Shown here piece by piece: positions 54,650-64,000 of a DNA stretch of 64,000 bases; position 1 is the first letter of the stretch, and each line of letters opens with the position of its first letter. The notes below the pieces were generated by a model. It was not told where the DNA came from and searched no databases. It saw only the letters and a list, made by a program, of their open reading frames with translations. Position numbers and translations under genes: made by a program. The stretch covers positions 81,034,001-81,098,000 of the forward strand of contig OX597815.1 of the NCBI GenBank assembly GCA_951406725.2. Direction: 5' to 3'. Source of the DNA: Octopus vulgaris. Its lineage: Eukaryota.

Positions 54650-55167
54650 ATACATCTGGATTTAAAACTTTCCATCATATCTTAAGCTTTGAAGCATCTG
54701 TCTTGCTCCATGTGTAACTTCATCATGAAAGAGCTAGTTTCCCTTAACTCCTCTCCAAATTCTTAAAATTATCAACATTAATCGAAACACTGGCAAATGG
54801 TCCAGTATGACCTGAACCCTCTGGTTGAAACTAGAAGAGAATACAAATGATTAAGAATATTGTTCCAAAAGGGTTATATCCTAAATATATTAGAATTAAT
54901 CACAAACAGCCACATAAAATAAGAACGAAAGCCTGAAATAACATCCAGGGGGCTAACAATCAAAATGTGGGTCCTGACTTTAAGCGGTATTTGATAGTGA
55001 TAGCCAATCAGGTGGCTTGTTTGTATTAGACCAGAAAATGGAATATAAGTGCAAAGTAAAGGTACGTGTGTAGGTGTGCTTGAAGTGTAACTTAGCTGGC
55101 AGTGGTGGCATGGTATTAGTCACTTGTGAAAGGCTAGTGTACCATCCAGGAGTGTAACTTCCAGTCC

Positions 55168-55714
55168 ATTGAATTCCGAAGCTAAGTACCAACTGTCTCA
55201 GTTGGACATGAAAGTGTGCAAGAGGACAAATCAACTTACTGAATTCTCTCAAAACGATGCCAATAACCATTTCAAGATTTCAGTTCTTTCATTAGATATT
55301 ATGTCAAAAGAGACAACTCCAGCTGTCTCAGCATAAAACATTATTTATGAATTGTCTGTTATTATTCATACAATCATGTGACATGATTCTATCACGTGAC
55401 GTTTTCTTACTCCCAAATCATTTATCATATAGCTTGCACCTATTCATCCGACCATGTAACACTTTATAGACTCAATTAGGTGACAACCCTAGATACTTTG
55501 ACTAATTTTTTTGAGTTACTCTTCTTCACCTTGGGGGTGATTGCTTTTAGCACAGTCTCATTCATTGACATTTAGTTTCGGAATTATTGCAATATTGAAT
55601 TCTGAAGCTAAGTACCAACTGGATACAGAAGAGAGCAAAAGGATCAACCAGCTTCCAACAAAATGATGCCAATAACCATTTCAAAATTTCACTTCCCTCA
55701 TCAGATGTTATGTC
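55168..55714 (-). repeat. Diverged direct repeat (about 120-140 bp x2), possible Penelope-like pseudo-LTR remnant
   Basis: attgaattc(c/t)gaagctaagtaccaactg and gatgccaataaccatttcaa...agat(a/g)ttatgtc each occur twice (55168-55305 and 55594-55714). Confidence 0.55.
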
Positions 55715-56011
55715 TAATACATCAATCAGTAGAAACCTGATATTCCTTGTTTTTAGCCAGTAACTAAAGCTATGGCTTCTGAGATCAGGCTTCCAGAAAT
55801 TCTTTTTTCAAAACTTTAAAAAAAAAAAATTCTTTCAAATGCTTGTAAAAGTTTAGAAAATCAAAGAGTGGTGGGAGGGAGAGAAGGAAAGAGAGGGTAA
55901 TAGGCAGAATGAAGAGTGAAGAAAGGAGGAGAGAGAAGAAATATAGTTAAATGAATGATTTATCTAAAACCTTGAGTGAATGAGTATAGGTCCATATATT
56001 GAGAGAGAGAG

Positions 56012-56090
<79 letters not shown>

Positions 56091-57689
56091 ATACATTTGT
56101 ATAAGTCCATGCACAAGTCTTTATTAGTTCTTTGGAATTAACTACATAGATTAGTGGCACCTAGCCAAGTGTATGCGTAGCTTTGCAAATGAGTAGCTGT
56201 GAAAAGAAACTTATGCAACTGAAAGTCTCTGGACACTGTTTTCTATTTTTACTATCACCACCACCTCAACTACTATTACAACCATCACAGTAACAAACAA
56301 GCAAGCAAAGAAAAAAAAAAAGAAAAGAAAGAGATTTCTACTACTTATTACTACCCTGCCAATGAGAAAAAAAACAAAAGGATTTCCTTTGGATATTCAT
56401 CAAGCTGGTTTTATTCTCACTGTCATACAATTATTCATACATAAATGCTTATACACAGATAAATACTTCACCTAAGAGAATAAGAATAAGAAAGGAGACA
56501 GACAGAAAAGAAAGATAATGGCTGAGAGATACTGGGGGCTTGACAGAGAGAGGGAAGAGAGGAGAGTGTGTGTGTGAGTGTAAGACATGTTTGTCTAAGA
56601 GGAGGAGGAGAGAAGTAAGTTTATAGGAGGCAGAGGCAAAGTCCTAATTCAGCCCCTAATGAACTTAGCAGAGCACTAATTAAGGTGGCATTCCATACTT
56701 AGGTGAGAAAGAGGGATAAAATCCAGCACTTACACAAGTTATGAGCACAGTACTAGATCACATACTTAATACTCCTAGCCAGGTAACCAAAGTGACACAG
56801 GTTCAAACCTTGCAGCAGTGACTGCCATTTATTATTATTATTATTATTATTATGTGTGTATGTATGTATTTATAAACATAATGAATTCAATCTTCTCTTC
56901 AATCCTGTTTATAACACAGCATATGGATGACTTTAAACAACAGATAAAATAAAATTAAGTGGTCTGCAGTAAGCAAAAGTCAATCCATAAAAGTAAACAC
57001 ATCAGTTGATTTATTCCGAAGAAGGATAAGAATCTGAAACAGATTTTTTTTTTTTAACTGATCACAGCAAATTGCAAAATTTTATAATAATAATAATTAT
57101 TATTATTATTATTATCATTTTCTTTTTGTACAAACCTTTCTAAGGTTCTGAACAACCAGCTAAAGTATCTGCAACTCATACGTCACTTGATTGTGTCAAA
57201 GAAACATGATTTCTCAACAGTTATGTTCATTTAATTCTATGTAGGTACGATAGAGTGTTATATAAAGTCTGTTTCTACAAACAATGGCAGTACTGTAGAA
57301 TCAACAGATATTTACTTGGATAACCAACAAAATGAAGTTTAATTCCTCCTACAAGGAAAGTTAAATATAAAATAAATATTCTAGCTCCCCTTTGAGAAAC
57401 AAATTTGTCCCTCATCCGCTCAAAACTACAGACTGGCACTGGGTTAGAGCACGTTTGGCTGAGTGGGACAGAGAAGCGATCGTAACAGTTTAAAAACATT
57501 CACAGGGAATGTGATGAAATATACAAGTCTGGAAAAAGAAAAAAGCAAAGTAGGTGTACTGTTTGTGGCAGTTTAGCCCTAAGTAGATACAGAGGATATG
57601 TAAAATTTAGAGGAAAATAAAGAAAATTCACTCCACTGGTTGCATGAACAGCATGGTACAGAGGATCAGTGAGATAAACCAGTAAGTAA

Positions 57690-57900
57690 TAAGAGAAATA
57701 AATGGTAATGTGCAAGAATGAAGACTACATTGGTATGGACATGTGATTACATAGCAAAGATAATAGACAGGTGAAATAAATGACATGTAATAGGAAGGAA
57801 ACTGCAAAGCAAAAGAGAGGGAGACAGATAGAAGAGATAAAAGTAGATCACAGAATACCAAACTTCCAAATGAGATGACAAATGAATTTAATAAATGGTG
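57690..57900 (+). mobile_element. Decayed RTE-type LINE 3' remnant
   Basis: Translates VQE*RLHWYGHVI, matching the RLRW(Y/F)GHV C-terminal motif. Confidence 0.5.
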
Positions 57901-60504
57901 ATACAATGTGTTGAAAATGTGTTAGCATGGGACAGTGGATGTAAAAATGATGATGGTGCAAAAGGCCTGGGTAAGTACAGTGCAGTGGATATGTAAGTTA
58001 TGCCATGATGATGAGGTACTCATCTTGAGAGAGCATCTTGTATAGGTGTATAGTGCTAAAAAGCACAAAAGCATTATGAGCAAAAAAAAGATATCCAGCA
58101 CCAAGGGATGTTATACAAGCATTTAGCTCTGAGAACACTTACTTATAACAGAAACAGGTGTAAGTTAATGAACATGATTATATAACTCCTGTTCTCTCAG
58201 CATTTGTTTATTGATATCATACTCTGTAAACTTTACAAAGTGTAAGTATACTGAACTCTAACTGGTTATTAGTATTACATTGCCTAAGCAAAATCATTAA
58301 AGATATATTGAAAAAATGTCCAAACTGTGTCATTTAAGTAAAGCAGAGTTTGGGAAATAGTCAAGTCGCTAGAAATGCTGTATCACCCAGTTTAATATAT
58401 GTAAACATATTTAATGTTTCTAGCATATTCATTCACATGCTACAAAGCTGAGTCAACAAGCTGTGCTGCAAAACATTTTACCTGATAAAAATTCATCACA
58501 CCAAAACCATCTGTGACCATACTCTCTGCTTTATTCAGAAGATTATATAAGTAATGCCAAGATGTGCAGCAATTTACATTGCCCACTTTTTATAGGTATC
58601 CAAAAAAAAAAAAAAAGCTTTTGAATATGATCAATTGCAAGGTTGTCATCCTGTGTTGACAAAAAATATCAAGGACACAACCCTAATATTGATTTGTAAA
58701 CAAACTTAATAAACAATAAGTATGCTTTTATATGCAACATATTCTTTTTGTCCAATCAATACACATTTTTAAGTCTTGATATTTTGTCTGCATTTATGTG
58801 TGTGTACATAATTATATCAGTGTGTGTAGAATTGCTGAGTGATCAGAGTACCATATAACCAATCAATATCCTGTCACCAACAATATGTTGTGTCTGCAGC
58901 TAAGGCGCTTAACTCTCGTACGACCTAGCTCATAGAGCGTGGCGCAACAGAGCAGCAATACTGCAAGATCAATGAATGTTTCCCATTAGCTTGCAGTGTT
59001 GAATTCAACTCTACACCCCAAACCACCTCAGTCATGCGTAGTAAACATTTTCCATAGTCATTATAATATGGTGAGTGAGTATCAGTTTTTATAGTAGAAC
59101 AGCTTATTATGCAACTTCCAGCTATACTAAGATACGTATGTTGCATCGATTACAGAAGTGCACATGGTATGTATGTGAGTATTTTGCTATAATGATACAA
59201 CTATTGGTCTTATATAATTCTTTTTTTTTTTGGTACTTCTTCAATAGTAAAAGGATCTCTATAAGCCAGCAAAAGACATCTACTAGAAATAACGGTCAAA
59301 TTTTCCTCAAATCTCACCATAAGATTTTAAGTATATGTTACATAATGTTATTCTGAGACACTCCTGAAATGATAGCATGGTCATAGTTGGAGTGTCTTAG
59401 ACCAGAAGTCTGGTCAGAGAGCTGATCTGGGAATAAATAATCTCTGCAGATCAGAATGTGTAGTAGAGCAACAAGACAAAGGTTTGTCATATCTAGACAT
59501 AAAGTCATTCTGCCAACAACATGTCCATAGATCTGAACAGTCAGAGCTCATCTGGAATTACACAACAATTAAATTTCATAATATAGATAATGTATGTTTA
59601 TATAGTTTGTTTTTTTGTTTCAAATATAGGGCATACACTCCCAACATTACATCAAGGAAGTTAACTATAGTTCGGTTAATTTCACCTGATAACTGAAGCT
59701 GAACTTTTTGAATTTTTTGTTGGATTCATTTCTTAAGTTATTTTGTTAATGACAGTATATGTACTGGAGAGACAGCTAGGTTGTTATCTCCATATAGTCC
59801 TTCTGAGTCTACATGGTCAAATGTTTATTCAACTATGTCTAGAAGGGTCACACACACACATGCTCCTCTCAACAGTTCATTTCCTTCTTTACTTAAAAGT
59901 AACTTAAACCTATTTCATTGTCCCTGACAGAACCGAGTTTCTTCTCAAACTACAATGCTTTTGTGTGGAAAGTTTTGATGAACTACTCATAGATCAAAAA
60001 AAATATCACATCTAGTGGCAGTGTCCCAGCATGACCGCAGCCCTTGAGCTGAAACTAGCAAAAGAGTGGATTAATGATTGAAGGTGCCCTAGTTGTGACC
60101 TTACAGTTTTCCTTTTTTAAGATAATCAGGTGTGGAGATTTGAGTGTTATATCTAACAGGCTGAGCAACAGTGCACAAGCTACCTCACTGACTCCCTTAA
60201 CTAGTTCATAATAGATTGTTTGTCGTTTTGTTTTTGTTGTTTTTTTCCCCTTTGTCCCTCATAGCATTTGTAGTAAGTATGCTTACTTTTAGAGTTGAAG
60301 CTAGTTAAAATGCATTATATATTAAACTTTTGCAAGTTTTACCAGTTGGCATTTATGGCGGGTGGCGTTGCAAAGTTACCCATGTGATCCTTTGGCGTCA
60401 CATATGACTTACATTCAGTTCTCTATCCCATTTTATCACACACATTGCCAGCTGATTTATCAGTATGGTTTTATAATGTTATTAAAATAGAAGTTTGTGA
60501 TAGG

Positions 60505-60828
60505 CAAATGACATATAACAGCCTTTTAAAATATGAAATAGTTTAACTGTGGAAAATAAAGAATGTGAAGACTGCTAACTATTGTTGGGTCTTTGGGGAC
60601 AGAATCAGAAGGTATCAAGAGGAATGCAAAGAAAATGGAAATAGAGAGCCCAGTAGAACTGTTCCAAAAGGTTTACTTTCTTGGCATGGCCAGAATCATC
60701 AGAAAAGTATTAGATGGTTGAAAAGAGTGGATAGCATGGTACTGTAGCCTGCAGGTAGGAATCCTGCTATGCATGCAAGACTCCAGGAGTTCCAACAAAA
60801 CCAGAGTTAAAAAGAACAACAATAATAA
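60505..60828 (+). mobile_element. Second R4/Dong-type RLE retrotransposon 3' fragment
   Basis: LKYEIV*LWKIKNV, then after a frameshift IVGSLGTESEGIKRNAKKMEIESPVELFQKVYFLGMARIIRKVLDG*. A short 3' UTR ends in aacaataataa. Confidence 0.65.
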
Positions 60829-61716
60829 AGGCATCACAAATGAATAGATATCCATGAAGACTCTTGTAGACGTAGGTATGGTTATATGGTTAAGACAAGT
60901 GTGGTTAAAATGATCATTCCACAGAAGGTACAGATTTATACAGCTTTTACTTTTATTGTAAAAGCAAGGAACAAATGAGAATTTAGTTTCACCTATTCTA
61001 CAGAAAGTTCTATGTTCATACAGTAAGTGCATGAGAAAAGTAGAAAGAAATATATGATGAAAAAAACGAAACAAAATACAGCAGAGGCCATATCAATTGT
61101 TACGCACGCGTGTATGTATGCAGGTATACACCACATTACGCGCGCGCACACAGACATGTATTTACACAAATATATAAATATGCATGTGGGCATTATACAC
61201 ATACACACATTTGAATACATACATAAATGTGTATTATATACATATATATATATATATATACGTACACTTACACACACATGCATTCCACATTTATGCAATT
61301 AATAGCTGTGTATGAATACGTATGCATACACAGATGCACACACACACGAAGTACAAGGCAAAAAAAAATATTGTTTGGTTGATTGTATGAGAGAAAAGAT
61401 GCAAACATAAAATAATAATAAAAAAAAAACTAAAAGAAAAATCGCCAAATGGAAAGACTAAAGTTTATAACAACTTAAACCAGAAGAGAGGAGGGAAAAA
61501 GTAAAAAGTAGAAAAAAAACGCGAAAGCAGACAGGTGAGTGAGTTCGTTTCAGCCAGTAATGACCAACCTTAAGTTCCAGTTCTACTTTTTTAATAAGCA
61601 GGGGAAGAGCATAAAATAAAGAATCAGTGATAAAAATATAACAGAAACAAAGACCAACAACCATTCATTAATTTTGTTCTTTTTTTATTCTCTCCTTTTA
61701 GCTATTAGGCCTTTCA

Positions 61717-61750
<34 letters not shown>

Positions 61751-62151
61751 ATACCATTCATTACACACGACTAAAACATACATGCCAGAGTTAATGATTC
61801 CAATGAAAAGTTAGCATGAGTTCAACGAAAGGAACTCTCACTATTTTGTTAACATACCTTTACCACACACACAGTTCTTATTAGACACATACAAGAACGA
61901 AAATTAGTTTAAAATTAATCGTGTTAACGGATAGTTTAGAAAGAAAGGGTGTCAATCTAACTGCACACGAACAGACATACACACGACACAAGCAAAACAC
62001 TTAACTCTTGCTACAGTGAAATAGAGTAGATTTAAAATTTTTTATTCATCTCTCCAAGAGTTCATTAACCGATGACTAACTCTATTGAATTCCAAAGATG
62101 ATAACTACAACGCATGTATCATTGCAAATTGGGACACTAAAAAAAAATTGA

Positions 62152-62188
<37 letters not shown>

Positions 62189-62218
62189 CATATATATTCA
62201 TATGCACACACACACATA

Positions 62219-62638
62219 GGATCTTTTCGGTTTGAACGGCAGTTTTTCTAGCGGTGTCATATGAAATTGTCACCCATAATTATGACCCTAGTATCGATCT
62301 ATTGCATTTCAATCTGTTTTAGGGGTAGGGCTAGTTAGGGGTGGGGGGAAGGGTATCTGTTTTTCTTCACAAATGTAAATAAACCCAATCTGTTTCTTAA
62401 ACGAGGGACATATTCATACGGCACAGAATGCTTTTTTTACCTCAATAGACGTCAGTGATTGGTTGAAATTGCAGAAATTGAAGAAAAAAAACAACAAATA
62501 TCTTACAAACTATAGAATTTTCTCAATAAAACCAAGAGAAAAGATGTTTTATAAACACATTCTACCAGTATACGAAGTTTAAAATTTTTAGTTACCTAGA
62601 AATTATGTTAAAAACTGCCGTTCAAACCGAAAAGATCC
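62219..62638. mobile_element. Intact 420-bp MITE with perfect 29-bp TIRs and an 8-bp TSD
   Basis: GGATCTTTTCGGTTTGAACGGCAGTTTTT ... AAAAACTGCCGTTCAAACCGAAAAGATCC. TSD CACACATA at 62211-62218 and 62639-62646. Confidence 0.9.
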
Positions 62639-64000
62639 CACACATACATATATATGCATATATGGTCAAGTTAATCATACATGCAAAATATAAGCCGAAA
62701 ATTTAATGGAAAGTTTTCGTCCGTCTTTGAAATATTTAGCTAGATGAGGACCAGCAGTATTCATAGATATTTGCAAGCTAAGCATGGAGAGACTGAAAAA
62801 ATGTCAAGCGAATATACCAGTGATTAACTCTGGTTTCTTAGCAAGAAATGAATAACAGACTGATCTCTCCCTGGATAAGTTACTAATCTATTGCGGATTA
62901 AATTCCCAGACAGTTTACTGTTTAAGTGTTCTGCACAGACTCACAAACACACAGCAAAAACACTATTCGCCTATCTATTCATTGGACATAATTATATACG
63001 TACAATAGCTATATAGGTACAGTTCACCACTTTTAAGAGCAAAAACCTTTATTATATATAACCGTTGATCACTGCCAAACAAGATGAAAGGCTGTGCCAA
63101 CTAGGCGGGTTTTGAACTCACGACGTAAAGAGACAATGATATACCGTCACTTTTACGATTTTAACGATTCAACCAAACCTACCAATAATTTCGTCTTTAT
63201 TTGGATCTGTGTGTGCGTTTCTTGGCGATGTTTGTAACACTATTGAATAGACTTCGTCAACGGAGAGCCCACTAGGCGAGGGATCATCACCGGCAAAAGT
63301 ATACATCTACACATAATTAGATATGAATACAGTACTCCAAGTCGACGAACTCTGTCATTGAGCCACTGATAGGTTTGGCATCAGATTGCCGAAAAGTAGG
63401 GCGGTTCGTATGTTGTCAGTCTTTAGTTGACCCTGTGTCTGTTCGAAGCATTTTCATAAGTTTGTCCTAAATGTCCATGCTTATTTTCAAACTTCTAGTT
63501 AGACCTTGTTTCATACGTCCTGAATAAAATATAGCTTTCCTTCATAAGTCCCAAGATACGTTAGGTTGAAAAATCTTAGGAATGTGTATCATATATGATG
63601 CTTGGACGCCAGGAAAACATGTCCTGTGTGTCCCATGTGATACACAGGACGGGTGGAGGGTTAGTTAGTTCAAATAGGATGGAAGAACTAGAATTGTAGC
63701 TGACGGCCAGAGAAGCGTATGTCAACAACATATTAAGCCACTCGTTAACTTTCCTCTTGGCGATCCAACGGTGTAAAAAAAAAGCGAAGCTGTTTGGAGT
63801 TAGAAACCCGACGCTAACAAACAAAGCTGGTTTCGATGTCTGAACGGAATTGATCTACTTCAGCCCATCGGTCACAAATGTCCCCCACGGCTGAAATTAC
63901 GAACATCTTTCGCAAGCAGCTTCCAACGAAATCTCCCTTTTCGTACCTGTACAAAGATATATTTCATGCCACTTTACACAAACACACACATATATATGTA

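Noticed and set aside
61528-61540. Strong plus-strand donor CAG|GTGAGT
   Set aside because: An isolated motif with no ORF or partner exon identified.
63240-63960. CpG-rich segment as a possible coding exon (ORF 63576..63824) with a small hairpin at about 63621-63650
   Set aside because: No recognisable domain. Part resembles a decayed LINE C-terminus (TY..ML.TDTG) and the hairpin is short enough to be chance.

Overview
AT-rich, microsatellite- and SINE-dense animal genomic DNA. The repeat landscape strongly suggests an octopus or other coleoid cephalopod, which is my inference. One protein-coding gene is supportable: a minus-strand NR1J/HR96 (DAF-12-like) nuclear receptor. Its three coding exons splice in frame (20432-20232, 17430-17264, 13964-13181; about 383 aa from Met 20432). 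The rest is intron, UTR or intergenic DNA. It holds three recurrent SINE families, decayed R4/Dong-type and RTE-type LINE fragments, piggyBac-, hAT- and GG-ended MITEs, a Helentron/DINE-like element, microsatellites and a 100-N gap. The most interesting signals are: (i) a composite Nrf2/Maf ARE plus DR5 (AGTGCA-n5-AGGTCA) element with a cluster of AGTGCA half-sites at about 38 kb, a candidate xenobiotic or autoregulatory enhancer; (ii) several long hairpins in the probable pre-mRNA; (iii) nested transposons; (iv) a duplicated, degenerate hammerhead-like core. Nearly all other ORFs in the track are microsatellite or repeat artefacts. I found no demonstrated novel system. All regulatory and RNA-structure claims are hypotheses, and SINE/LINE boundaries are approximate.
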